DNA of 63,642 bases, the filler included, from Octopus bimaculoides (lineage: Eukaryota): assembly GCF_001194135.2 (NCBI RefSeq). It is 4 parts of 4 records of this genome, joined end to end, with 100 filler letters (N's around TTAATTAATTAA, not from the genome) between each part and the next. Parts side by side here need not be neighbours in the genome. Positions count along the whole stretch, not along the records: positions 1 to 31,585 come from NC_068982.1; 3 more parts are not named here. The stretch is one strand, 5' to 3'. Every line of letters begins with the position of its first letter. Within the stretch, counting starts at the first letter, position 1. The notes below the pieces were generated by a model that saw nothing but the letters and a program-made list of their open reading frames with translations, was not told the origin of the DNA and made no database searches. Shown one piece after another: positions 1 through 13,064 of this stretch. Both the position numbers and the translations under genes were made by a program.

Positions 1-481
1 TATATATATATATATATATATATACATAGTCACCATATTTCATTTTGTAACAGCTACCTCTGAAGAGCACAGAGTTACATAATCGGACTGTTACTTAACG
101 CTTCATTGAACCCATAGTGCAAAACCAATTGGTAAGATCAGCTGTAATGGGTATATAATACCATACACTTTGATTAATATATATATATATATATCAATAT
201 ATGTATATATATTGCAGCATCTTATGAAGTTATTTCCTATTTAGTACTGTGCTCTTAGAAATTATCATCATTTCAAATGTATGTCTGTTACTATGTTAAA
301 TTTGAAGTGGATGATATCCACTTCAGCGATGACTCACAACCACCAGGATTATAGATACTCCATAACAACGATGATGATGACAATGACAAGATGATGATGA
401 TGATGGGTGATGTGTGTGATGGCAGTGGAGGTGGGTTGGTGGTAGCAGTGCTATTGTTGTTGGTAATTATTATTATGATGT

Positions 482-516
<35 letters not shown>

Positions 517-1622
517 TACTATTAATAAGATATAGTGACTAGAATTGAAAGAGAATAGTGGTAGTTTGCATCAGTAAAAGTCAATAAAACCTACTTGTCG
601 AAGAAAGGAAAATTACAGCCTGAAGATACTAACAGCCATAGCAGAAATCACTCAGCTCTGTTTACACCTGGGAAATGTTGAGAATAGACAATGAATATCA
701 GTGAATTACTTGACTAGCTTGATGCTGACCTCAATAGTCAAGGCATTTTTAAATTTAGATCAGCAATGTGTGTATAATGATGATGATGATTGCTAAGACA
801 GAACAAATGTGGCAGAGACACAAATGGAAAAAAAAATTCTCAATTAAAGAATATGATGCTATTTTTAAAATACTTTGGAGATGAAAAGCGCATGACAACA
901 GATGTAGATATCTGTTGTCATGTGCTTTTCAAGAGAGCTATGTAAGTCAAAAGACATGTTGAAATACAGAATCAGCTGCCAAAGGGCTATGCACAAAAAA
1001 AAAAAAATAATGGAAAAAGAAAATGAAGGAAACTTGAAACAAAACATGCTTTTTGCAATATTTAAGAAAAAGAAACACAGTAAAGGTACTTAATCCAAAG
1101 ATTTTTTTCCTTTTTGCTTTATGTTTTTGTTGGGGTTTTTCCCATATTCTACTACAAATCAATAAACTTCTGAAACATAATGCTACAACCAATTCCTTTC
1201 TTTCTTTCTTTTCCATCGATTTTCATAAATATCTTTTCCATAAAGTACTTTTGAAAATTAAAATTTTAGTTATTTTAAAAGTCTAGACATCAATCAGCAA
1301 ATTTACATGTCGTTCTACATTTGAATACTGTACTTTTGCATACTGTGATGTTCTTGTTGCATGCATTACTCACCCTCATTGATATATCCTGGTATATCTA
1401 AAACTACATTAACAAATGTGTCCATCTATGCTTTTTCTTAAGATCATAGGATTTTGTTTGAGAGAGATCTGACTCCTATTTCTTGCAAGTGACAAACTCT
1501 GTTATTGACTCACAATAAGCTAGTTCTAATTGCTGCATAGTCATCGAGTAGAACCTATTTTCCAGTCTTCTTATTGGTGACTGAGCAGTGATTAAAAATT
1601 GGTGTAAAAAGACATGCATTTA

Positions 1623-1936
1623 CATCCTCATCATCGTCGTCATTGTCATCATTATTTAACGTCCATTTTCTATGTAGCTGGCAAGGTGGAGAGCTGCACC
1701 AGGTCCCATTTGTCTGTTTTGACATGGTTTCTATAGCTGGATGCTCTTCCTAATGTCAACCACTTTGCAGAGTGTACATTTTGATATCATCATCGTCATC
1801 ATCCTCATCGTTTAACATCCACTTTCCATGCTAGCATGGGTTGGACGATTTGACTGAGGACTGGTGAACCAGATGGCTACACCAGGCTCCAATCGGATTT
1901 GGCAGAGTTTCTACAGCTGGATGCCCTCCCTAACAC
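1623..1936 (-). mobile_element. Two tandem RTE-LINE 3' tail fragments with (GAT)n ends
   Basis: Both carry tttaacgtcc...ttctacagctggatgc(c/t)cttcctaa, the reverse complement of the tail that follows RTE coding sequence at 34370-35310. Confidence 0.75.
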
Positions 1937-2178
1937 TCATAAAAGAAAATCACAAATTGTTCCAATTGTGCAGAAATATCCAAATTTATTGTAAAACATT
2001 CTATCCAAGCTGTCAAAGAAGCAAACTAGCAGAGTTGTTTGTGTGTGTTGGATATAATACTTTGTCGTATATGTTCCAATTATTATTGTTCTGAGAACCA
2101 ATTATGTTAAGATCAACTCTGCTATTCATCCTTTTAGGGTCAATAAATAAGGTGCTATGCATAATCATTCTCTCTCTC

Positions 2179-2236
<58 letters not shown>

Positions 2237-3022
2237 ACACACACACACACATACATACACACATTCTTCCTCTGAATTGTCTATGGTATGCTATGAAAAT
2301 TATCATGGCAAAAAACTTGTAGCATTTATCTTTCCAAAAAACGAAGGAGAGTATTGAATGTAGGACAAGCAACCTTGTCTCTAGAAATATTAGCATGCTT
2401 CTAGAATGTCTAAAGACAGACCAGATTAGACATTAAGAAGACTTCAACCATCNNNNNNNNNNNNNNNNNNNNNNNNNNNNNNNNNNNNNNNNNNNNNNNN
2501 NNNNNNNNNNNNNNNNNNNNNNNNNNNNNNNNNNNNNNNNNNNNNNNNNNNNNNNNNNNNNNNNNNNNNNNNNNNNNNNNNNNNNNNNNNNNNNNNNNNN
2601 NNNNNNNNNNNNNNNNNNNNNNNNNNNNNNNNNNNNNNNNNNNNNNNNNNNNNNNNNNNNNNNNNNNNNNNNNNNNNNNNNNNNNNNNNNNNNNNNNNNN
2701 NNNNNNNNNNNNNNNNNNNNNNNNNNNNNNNNNNNNNNNNNNNNNNNNNNNNNNNNNNNNNNNNNNNNNNNNNNNNNNNNNNNNNNNNNNNNNNNNNNNN
2801 NNNNNNNNNNNNNNNNNNNNNNNNNNNNNNNNNNNNNNNNNNNNNNNNNNNNNNNNNNNNNNNNNNNNNNNNNNNNNNNNNNNNNNNNNNNNNNNNNNNN
2901 NNNNNNNNNNNNNNNNNNNNNNNNNNNNNNNNNNNNNNNNNNNNNNNNNNNNNNNNNNNNNNNNNNNNNNNNNNNNNNNNNNNNNNNNNNNNNNNNNNNN
3001 NNNNNNNNNNNNNNNNNNNNNN

Positions 3023-3053
<31 letters not shown>

Positions 3054-3647
3054 TATACACATACATACATATGTGTGTGTGTTTGTGTGTGAGTGTGTGT
3101 GTATGTTTTATATTTTCTTTTACATGTATTGACATTTTTCTTCCTTTTCTTTTTGGCTTACATTATCCTGAAACTCTATATTTCCACCATATATTCATTA
3201 TCATTTGTTTTATTTAATATTTCTTCATCATAGCATTGATAAGTATTATTCTCTAAAGAGAAAATTCTTTACTTAATTAGCGATAGATGTATTATTTTCA
3301 TTTGATACTCTGCTATTAGTGTTTTCTTTTTGTCTCTCTCTCCATTTTTATTATATTACTAATTGATTTCATCTGTTGCCTGTCAGTTTCAATCAACAAA
3401 TATAATAATACCAGCTTGTGACCAGCCAACCAGAATGCCTTTACATAGTCACTCGTATTGCTAGAAAGAGTAGCCAAATTTCCTTCAAATTACACCCTAC
3501 TGACTTAAAATGTTCTAACGCACTTGATAATGTTGTCTTAGACATACTTAGACCTGAGAAAAAAAAAATAGTCAGGACTGGAACATCAAGGTTTGATCAA
3601 TCAATATTAACTGGTGTAAAACAAAAACAACAATAATAAGCTCAGTA

Positions 3648-3886
3648 GAGGCATGTAGCTTAATGGTGAAGGTGTTGGGCACATGATTGTAAGATTGTGG
3701 TTTTGATTCCTGGACCAGGCAATGTATTGTGCTGGGTAAAACACTTCATTTGACATTGTTCCAGTCCACTTAACTGGCAAAAATGAGCATTCTTGCAATA
3801 GACAGACATCCCATCCTGGAAGGAGTATATATGCCAAAGAATCCAGGAAAACAGCTTATGAGTCTATATAACTCGCAAAAGAGCCT
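3648..3886 (+). mobile_element. tRNA-derived SINE family B, diverged copy
   Basis: tRNA-like head, then aaaacacttcattt...ccagtccact; homologous to 9239-9489. Confidence 0.7.
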
Positions 3887-4442
3887 CATCTTTTTTTATT
3901 AGTCAGCTCACATATTACTCTCACAGCCCATAGACTTCCACTATTGTCTCTTATCAAATGATACTACCAAAGATAGTTATCATTCTGACCAGACAGATTA
4001 GAGCAGTAGATTATTGTTCTGCTATATTTAGTTGCATCAATCTAGATTTTGAGATCCAATCTCACCACTGTCAATTTTGCCTTTCATCTTTCAAGAAAGA
4101 ATGATGGAAATTTTGAGTTTGAATTTCATTGTACAAAGTGACTTGTTCTATGATTAATGAGTTGGTTTCTTAAAGTCTGATTAAATTAATAATATCCATT
4201 AATTGAGGTGAAGTAGTTTCATGGAAATAGTAATGATATATTGAATCATATATTTGACTAAGACAAGAGACAAGATTTGGTTGACGTCAAGCTTTGTCTT
4301 TTTGATATTACTCTCGTCTCAGAATTGAGTTACACAGAGTTACATAAACAGGGCTGTATTAGCTGCTATTCATGAGAGCTGGGTTGACTAGAGCAACATG
4401 AAGTAAAGTGTATCAAGACTGTAGTGAAAGCACTTCATCATA

Positions 4443-4680
4443 ATCATCAGCAGCAGAATTTAACATGTCTTCCATGCTGGCATGGGTTGGATGGTTTGAC
4501 AGGAGGGGGTAAGTTGGAGAGCTGCACCAGGTTCCAGTTGTCTGTTTTGGCATGGTTTCTAAGGCTAGATGTTTCTCCTAATGCCAACCACTTTACAATG
4601 CATACTGGGTTCTTTTTATGTGGCACAAGTACTTTATACATGGCACTAGCATGAGTGCTTTTTATGGGGTACCAGCACAG
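4443..4680 (-). mobile_element. RTE-LINE 3' tail fragment, diverged
   Basis: tttaacatgtcttccatgctggcatgggttgga...cctaatgccaaccac. Confidence 0.7.
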
Positions 4681-7269
4681 GTCCTTTTTACAGGTCAATA
4701 AGCACAAGACACATTGATATATTTTCTTTGAAGGAAGCTATTGTAATGTGGGCTTTGTATTTATTGCAGAAGGTATAACACCTGACCAGCTGTATTAAGT
4801 TTTTCGTTCACTCATTTACATGTAATAGTGGTAGTATTGTTGTTGTTGTTTAAACCTGGTTCAATCTTGATTGGGTACATCTGTGATGAAAGACATTCCA
4901 GCCATTGACCATTGTGTATTTTCATGCTTATTTAAGGGGACCTATGCCAGTTAAGATGATTTATGCCTCTGTAAATCAATGTGCTGGCATGGGCAAGATA
5001 TTTTGAGAAAGACTGGTAGTTTCTCATACATGTTAGGTCTTCCCTTGCTATGCCAACTTGGGCCAATACAGGTTGGCTCCAGTGACATCGCAATTATTGC
5101 GATCAGAACACAAATAGCTGAACTAAAAACCATTAGGCATTTTCCTGGCCTTCTAACAGTTCCCCCAATCTACCATATTGTTACTTTTTTTATTAATCCT
5201 AAAAACAGGAACAGCAAAGTAACCTTCAATGAGATTTGAACCCAAAGTTCCTCAGGAACAAACACCAATAGGCATTCTATTGAATGCACTCACAGTTCTG
5301 TCAGTTTGTAACCTTGTGACCACCTTAGACAAAATTATTTGATGAGTCCTCTTTTAAACATGGTAGGATGTATTTTGAGGGAGATTTGGCTACTATGTCA
5401 AGCAAGATGTAGGCTCCTATAAAAAAAAATCCCCCTTATTTGTTTGTCCATGATGTTAATTCATTCCATACAAGAATTCTTGCAGTAAGTGCTAGAGAAA
5501 AAAATTTCCTATCCACTGAGTAAGTGAGACCATTTCAATTTTCAAATTAATTTACTTCATTTTTGTCACTAATGACTGTTTAAAGTCAAGAGAGATACTT
5601 AAGACACACATACTTTAACTTTCCTTTATTCCATGATAGTATTATATATTATAAAGTATCGAAAAATGTTATAATACATCTGTGATCTGGTTACTGACAC
5701 AATTTTGTAATAGTGCTGGTGATCAAGTCATAAATGTATGATGAAAATGTTCAATACTATCTATTAAACAATCCTCTTGTGAAATGAAACAAAAATGAAT
5801 ATAACAATAAATGAGCATCTAGAATAACAAAGAAGACTTTCAATTCAATACACATTCTCATATCAAGTCACAAAGCAAACATGTAAAATGTTGATCTGTC
5901 ACTAATCTTCTTGTGGAATGCACAAGAGTCAATCTACATAGAGATTGCTGAGAAAGCATCTAGACTGTTCTGAGTGAAAAAAAAGTGACATGTGAAGCCA
6001 GTAAAATGCTGCTTGGACATAGGCCTGGACTTGATCAACCTAAGTTGGGTTGCCTGGATAAGGGCAATATGTTGTAAGACCTGAAACTCCCAGTGACCCC
6101 AAGATGCAACATTGATTATGTCTAAGCATCGTGTTTGTTGGTGTATGTTCAACTATTGTATTTCTTATCTAATTAATACATAGTCTTATTCCTAAGTCAG
6201 AAATCAATTATTGTCATTACCAACTTTCACTCTTATCATTCTGGAGTTAATAAAATGAATATTATTAATATACCAAGGCTGCCTCAATTAACAACAATGT
6301 TACTCCCTACAAGAAAGACCATAAACTAAACAGCATTTAATATCATTGTTTTTGCTGTTCTTGCTATTTATTATTAACTGCTTATTAATATGGCTATTGT
6401 TTAGTTGATATCATACTTTTTACTCATTGTAAATTCCCCTCTGTTTCTTGCTTTCTTTTTTATATATTTCCTTTTCACAAAATTTTGAATTATTAGTATT
6501 ATAGGCTGCATCATTATTATTAACATTATTATTATTATTATTTGTTATATTATTGTTTGCAAACAGAGTCGTAATAAGTTTTCACTACACTAAAAATCAC
6601 TGATTTTATAATCTCATTTTGCTTTTCAGATAAAGCTGCTTCATATCCATTTCTAAATTCTCATTTGGGAGTTACAGCTCAAATGTTCTTCTCCCAACTG
6701 CAGTCAGAAATTTTCTGCTTGTTGTACAGACACTGTCTTCAGTCTTTCAAATTTGTATCTAATATCACAAACAATAGTCCCATGTTCCCTATCTCCTTGT
6801 TTAGATGACATAATAAACAATTGAATGACTTTATGTAGACATAAAATGATCATAATTTGCCCATTCTCCTATAAATCTGTATCTTGGGGTTATGTAAGGA
6901 ATTTTTATTATCGATATATTTTTATTTATTTATTAAATAGTGCTATTGATGAATGGCAAATTGACTTTTAGGATAAGATATCTGGATTCTTGCTTGTATA
7001 ACAACTTCTGACTTAGGCACAAGTAGTAGTAGTAGTAGTAGTAGTATGGGGGTATGCACTATAATGGTGCACTGCTGCAGCCATCATTTGTTCGTGATTC
7101 TCTACTTCTGGTTGACATGTTTGCACCACTTAGGCAACAATCCTCCAGCCCATGGGTCTCTTTGGGTAGTCGTTGCTGGTGAGGGTTCTACAAGGTCAGA
7201 ATGCAAATCCTACCTCAACCTCTTTTAGTTGCCTTTTACGACAAGCAGAAGAAGCATTGCATCTACTCT

Positions 7270-7418
7270 TTGAAATGCCAGGCTCCACACAGCACTAGAG
7301 CGACATGAAATGAAGTGTTTTGCTCACAAACACAACATACCGGCTGTTCTGAGAATCAAACCCATAATCTAGCAATTGGGAGTACAACATCCTAACCACG
7401 AGGTCATATGCCTTCACA
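7270..7418 (-). mobile_element. SINE family B, 5' half
   Basis: Reverse complement of the head and central segment of 9239-9489. Confidence 0.6.
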
Positions 7419-7504
7419 AGGCCACACAAACATTCCTTCTATGGCACAGTCAATTAAATCAACCCCAGCGCTCATTTGATACTTATTTTATTGATATCAG
7501 GAGG

Positions 7505-7915
7505 CACAGGGGTGGCTGTGTGGTAAGTAGCTTGGTTACCAACCACATGGTTCTGGGTTCAGTCCCACTGCGTGGCACCTTGGGCAAGTGTCTTCTACTA
7601 TAGCCTCAGGCCAACCAAAGCTTTGTGAGTGGATTTGGTAGACGGAAGCTGAAAGAAGCCCGTCATATATATGTATATGTATATATATATATATGTGTGT
7701 TTGTGTGTCTGTGTTTGTCCCCTCAACATCGCTTGACAACTGATGCTGGTGTGTTCACATCTCCGTAACTTAGCGGTTCGGCAAAAGAGACCAATAGAAT
7801 AAGTACTAGGCTTACAAAGAATAAGTCTTGGGGTCGATTTTCTCGACTAAAGGCAGTGCTCCAGCATGGCCACAGTCAAATGACTGAAACAAGTAAAAGA
7901 GTAAAGAATAAAAGA
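7505..7915 (+). mobile_element. tRNA-derived SINE family A (OK-like), full length
   Basis: Box A/B-like head (gtggctgtgtggtaag...ggttcagtccc), central ccttgggcaagtgtcttctactatagcc, internal (TA)/(TG) tract, tail actgaaacaagtaaaaga; many copies in the window. Confidence 0.85.
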
Positions 7916-9153
7916 GTATCAAAAGATGTAAAAGTAAAATCGATCCTGGCAGAATTAGAAATTACCAAATAAAGGGATGTAACTAAAGATGATAAGTTTC
8001 TGTCCCAATGTTCAAGCCTTTCAAGCCTTATATTAATACACCACATCAAGTGGAAAATAATGCATTCTTAGTGAAGATAAAATAGTTTGTTCTCGTCTTA
8101 ATTATTGATTTGAAATCTTTTTTAAAGTTAAACTGACTTCATTGTAATACTTGCCATATTCTAGTATGTAATTAGCAAGAGAATCTCCACTTTATCTTCC
8201 AGTAAGATCTTCAACATCATAGCCAGTTAATATAATGAAAACCTGGCCATTAACAGTTTTAAGGACTGCATTAGTTATGGGCCTAACCCCACTCCTTTAA
8301 GGGAAGCTGTCACTATAACATCATTTGGCTTGCACTCTTATTCTCTCATAATGACCAAACTTGTGTATCTAGGACTTTTCTTGAGTTAATAGACAGGCAT
8401 TTTCCAGTGATATGTGAGTATAGAAAGATATTCAATGTGCACACCTTGAGGATCTATATTGTATCTCAAGAATAACAGAAGATGCAGGCTCTCCTTGGCA
8501 GAGAAGAGGATTATTTTAAAGAACTCACATGATCCAGGTAGTATCCTGAAATTGATAAGCAAAACTTTTGGATATTGCATTTAAATTCCTTTTGGGGATA
8601 TGGCCAAGTCTCACTTTACACTAGAGAATGTTACACACATATGTACACACATGTTACCTCTGCCCGCTGTGCCACCTCTAGTCCTAGCCTTTTGCAGGGT
8701 TCCTTACCAGCCTTTCATCTTCTTCACTCCACTTCCCAACTTCCTCACTCACTCACTTCGACCACATCCTCACACACCATGTAATCACACTGCTTGTCAC
8801 ACACATATGTTCATTTGCCAAGATTCATTCTGATGAGTAACCTGCTCATTATGTTACAGCAAAATCATATTTATGTGTATATATGTACACCTATATGTAT
8901 ATTTATATGTCCATTAGTCAATTTAGCATCACTGATGTAACTGGACACAGATTACGAAACAGCTATCAACAAATGGAATAAACCCCTATGTTCTCACTAC
9001 GTTTTTATTCAATCAATGTATATATATATTTGTGTGTGTGTGTGTGTGTGCGTGCATGTATTCCCTCAAAGCACTAATAAAAGTTACAATTTAGTACCAA
9101 TGATATTGTACTTCGTTGCCATTAATAACAATTAAATTTAGTTATTTTGTAAT

Positions 9154-9222
<69 letters not shown>

Positions 9223-9234
9223 CACTACTACTAC
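9154..9234. repeat. (TAC)n microsatellite; the array resumes at 9490-9510 beyond a SINE
   Basis: Direct reading. Confidence 0.95.
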
Positions 9235-9238
9235 TGCT

Positions 9239-9489
9239 GTGGAGGCGAGTGGCTTTGTGGTTAGGGTATCAGCATCATGAACGTAAGATTATGATTTCGA
9301 TTCCTGGACCGGGCGACGCGTTGTGTTCTTGAGCAAAACACTTCATTTCACGTTGATCCAGTCCACTCAGCTGGAAAAAATGAGTAATGCTGCGATGGAC
9401 TGATGTCCCGTTCAGCTGGGGAACACGTACACCATTGAAACTGGGAAACCGGGCTCATGAGCCTGGCTAGGTTTTAAAAGGGCGCAGGA
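9239..9489 (+). mobile_element. tRNA-derived SINE family B, near full length
   Basis: gaggcgagtggc...tggttagg (box A-like), tttcgattcc (box B-like), body gatggactg..gtcccg; embedded in (TAC)n. Confidence 0.8.
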
Positions 9490-9880
9490 CTACTACTACT
9501 ACTACTACTACTATTATTATTATTATTATCTAGTAGTTCTAACAAATCTTTCAAAACTTATGGTTTTAATTTCCTGTTTTCACAGTTTGACATTTAACAC
9601 CAAGCCATGAGAAATAATTTTCCACTTTCTTCTATTTTTGTATTTTCTTTTACTTCTTTTTCTCTTCCCTCAGTTTTATTCTACAAAAATTCCCTTCCAT
9701 CCTTTTGCAACTACCAAGTGAATCTAGGGAGTATGCACCTCTACTGCTAAAGAGACTATGTGCTTCTGGTCAGCATGTCTGAAGAAATGTTAGACATGTA
9801 ACATTAGATGCAGAAGCAATGTCATCATTCTGACCAGCGATATGCCATAATTTTTTTTTATTTGACAAGGAAATAATATA

Positions 9881-10275
9881 GGTGCAGGAGTGGTTGTGTG
9901 GTAAGTTGCTTGCTTGCCACCCACAGGGTTCTAGGTTCAATCCCACTGTGTGGCACCTTGGGCAAGTGTCTTCTACTATAGCCTCAGGTCGACCAAAGCC
10001 TTGTGAGTGGATTTGGTAGACGGAAACTGAAAGAATCCCATCGTATATGTGTGTGTGAATGTGTGTGTGTGTATGTGTGTGCTTGTCCCCCACTATCGCT
10101 TGACAATCGATGTGGGTGTGATTGTGTCACCGTAACTTAGTGGTTTGGCAAAAAGAGACTGCTAGAATAAGTACTAGGTTTACAAAGAATAAGTCCTGGG
10201 TTCGATTTGTTCGACTAAAGGCGGTGCTCCAGTATGGTTGCAGTCAAATGACTTAAACAAATGAAAGAATAAAAA
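9881..10275 (+). mobile_element. SINE family A, full length
   Basis: Colinear with 7505-7915. Confidence 0.85.
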
Positions 10276-10614
10276 AATCCACCCTATTTTAACTGTGCTT
10301 TTGTTTTGTGAATTATGGACAACAAACTGACAGCTTATACATACACATATACATGTGTATGTGTATGTACCTGTGTGTGTGTGTGTGTGTGTGTGTGTTT
10401 CCTGTACAAAAAACAAAATATTTATACATGATAATATTTATATATACCATTGTTAAGGTATTTATATGTATTGCTTCAAGTATACGTATTTATTTTCTAC
10501 AGAAACACTTCATCAATTTGTTTTGCTTTTTTTAAATTTCTATTTTTTCCAGAACTACATTTCAAATATATCATTACATTCAGCCAAAAGAGAAAAGGAA
10601 GATGAATCATGATG

Positions 10615-10646
<32 letters not shown>

Positions 10647-10647
10647 G

Positions 10648-10709
<62 letters not shown>
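10615..10709. repeat. (AAT)n microsatellite; second array at 11043-11190
   Basis: Direct reading. Confidence 0.95.
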
Positions 10710-10711
<2 letters not shown>

Positions 10712-11044
10712 TATAAAAGAAATGGAGAAACTTTCAAAATACAAAGACCTGGAAATAGAGATAACTCGAATGTGGAATCTAAAAACAGAAACAATTCCTA
10801 TCATAGTAGGTGCCTTAGGTATAATAAAAAAATATTCAGACAAATACATAACAAAAACACCAGGACTTACAAATATATATAACATACAGAAAATTGCACT
10901 ACTGGGTACTGCACACATTCTACGCAAAACACTTTCAATACAGTAAACATAAGAGCACCACAGCAAACCACAGCACATACCCAAGGCGCACAGAGCTGCA
11001 CTCGGTAGTGAAGTGAAAGCACGTTATAAAAATAAAACTATTGA
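10710..11044 (+). mobile_element. 5'-truncated R4/Dong-type non-LTR retrotransposon (restriction-like endonuclease C-terminus plus 3' UTR)
   Basis: Open frame KEMEKLSKYKDLEIEITRMWNLKTETIPIIVGALG...LGTAHILRKTL to the stop at 10946, typical of RLE-clade ORF ends; flanked on both sides by (AAT)n. Confidence 0.8.
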
Positions 11045-11095
<51 letters not shown>

Positions 11096-11106
11096 NNNNN
11101 NNNNNG

Positions 11107-11138
<32 letters not shown>

Positions 11139-11139
11139 G

Positions 11140-11191
<52 letters not shown>

Positions 11192-11404
11192 ATATTCTTA
11201 TTTAATTTTTTTTTAAATATCAAACACAAAAAGAAAGAAATATATGGAGATGAAGGCTGAAATATTTAACAGATTGAATATTTGAGTGACATGTTTATTT
11301 AAACATACATTTGTTGTTGTGTGTATCATTCATATATAAAAGAAATCTATTCCTTCTTTTTTTTTTATTTTCACTTTTTTCTAAGGCATTCATTGTATTA
11401 TTTT

Positions 11405-11595
11405 ATCATCATCATCATCATCATCATCATCGTTTAACGTCCGCTTTCCATGCTAGCATGGGTTGGACGATTTGACTGAGGACTGGTGAAACCGGATGGC
11501 AACACCAGGCTCCAATCTAATTTGGCAGAGTTTCTACAGCTGGATGCCCTTCCTAACGCCAACCACTCAGAGAGTGTAGTGGGTGCTTTTACGTG
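11405..11595 (-). mobile_element. RTE-LINE 3' tail, young subfamily
   Basis: Nearly identical to 16217-16431 and 57697-57915; (GAT)n tail. Confidence 0.85.
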
Positions 11596-11811
11596 TTCTA
11601 TTCTAGTTTCTAACTTATTGCTGATGTGTATGTGTAACAGAGGTACTAGTGTCACACTTATAGTTCCATACCCTTGGAGGAGATATTCAAAGAATCTCAG
11701 AACTTTGGCTTCATAACGAACAAGAACACTGAAATCATGCACCAAACCAAACCTAGATCTAGATACTTGCCCCAAAATCCAGAACTCAATATATGTGTGT
11801 GTGTGTGTGTT

Positions 11812-11852
<41 letters not shown>

Positions 11853-12462
11853 CTGCCACCTGGTCAAGGTTAATCATACACCTGCACATGTAAGTACAGG
11901 TTTGTGGAAAATATTTTTGAGGATGACTGGCAGTTGCCAATGTATGCAAGTCTTCTCTTTCCATACCACTAATATTTATTGATGAGAAAGGCCAACAACT
12001 TGGGCCAATAAAGCTTAGCACCAGCATCACAGCAAGCATTATTATCAGAATGCAAAGAACTGAGATAAATACTACAGGGCTTCTTGCCTGACATTCTAGG
12101 AGTTCCACTAATCTCTTATCCTGGATTGTATATATATATATGTATATATATACGGTTGAGGAGGGTGTTGGATTTAACCAAACCCAAGAGGATACAGGTA
12201 ATACCGAGTAAGTGCTGTATACCGACTAGTTTGCCCCAGTCGTTGTATGAACAGGATTGGGGATTATAAGTCGTGTATTAGCATGTGTATATGTAAATAT
12301 ATAAAAATAAAAAGATAAAGAGAGCAAGAAACTACACCTCAAGTACTGTTCTCTCTTTTTTCAGCGCATCACACTCTTTACCACTTCATACTAAAAATAT
12401 CTGCCTATAGATACTAAAAATATCCGCCTATGGATATAATAATAGATTACTTTATTTTTTCT

Positions 12463-12511
12463 GTCTCCGATGAAGGGAAGTACTGAATCTTCTCAGAAAC
12501 AGCTGTAAGAC
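12463..12511 (+). ncRNA. Minimal type-I hammerhead ribozyme-like motif (core variant CCGAUGA)
   Basis: GUCU-CCGAUGA-AGGGAAG(UACUGAAU)CUUCUCA-GAAA-CAGCUG-UA|AGAC: helix I 4 bp, palindromic helix III, U4 to C change in the core. Confidence 0.55.
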
Positions 12512-12819
12512 TCTATCCATAAAATACTTCTCCAACCTTACCATTGCTCTCTTTATCTTTTTATTTTTATATATNNNNNNNNNNNNNNNNNNNNNNNNNN
12601 NNNNNNNNNNNNNNNNNNNNNNNNNNNNNNNNNNNNNNNNNNNNNNNNNNNNNNNNNNNNNNNNNNNNNNNNNNNNNNNNNNNNNNNNNNNNNNNNNNNN
12701 NNNNNNNNNNNNNNNNNNNNNNNNNNNNNNNNNNNNNNNNNNNNNNNNNNNNNNNNNNNNNNNNNNNNNAAAAAAAATCCAAGGTTGTAAATAGTTTTCA
12801 AAACATTTATAAAGAAAAG

Positions 12820-12867
12820 GTCTTACAGCTGTTTCCAGGATATTTTATATATCCCTTCATCAGAGAC
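12820..12867 (-). ncRNA. Minimal type-I hammerhead ribozyme-like motif, intact core
   Basis: Minus strand GUCU-CUGAUGA-AGGGAUAU(AUAAA)AUAUCCUG-GAAA-CAGCUG-UA|AGAC. Confidence 0.7.
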
Positions 12868-13021
12868 GGTGTGAGAAAATGTTTGAGTATTGATTATTGT
12901 AGAGAAGATATGAAGTACAGAGAATGAAAACAGAAGTGAGATACTACAGCTGTTTCTAATTAGAAACAGCTGTAATGAACACTGACACTTATTCATCGTC
13001 TGTTGTTTATTAATTTATTTG

Positions 13022-13064
<43 letters not shown>

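Noticed and set aside
8833-8870. CTGATGA followed by a GTAAC/GTTAC stem
   Set aside because: No GAAA in register and no helix I or III; not called a hammerhead.
11434-12108. 224-aa minus-strand ORF
   Set aside because: Runs through a (CA)n tract and an RTE tail; a chance open frame.
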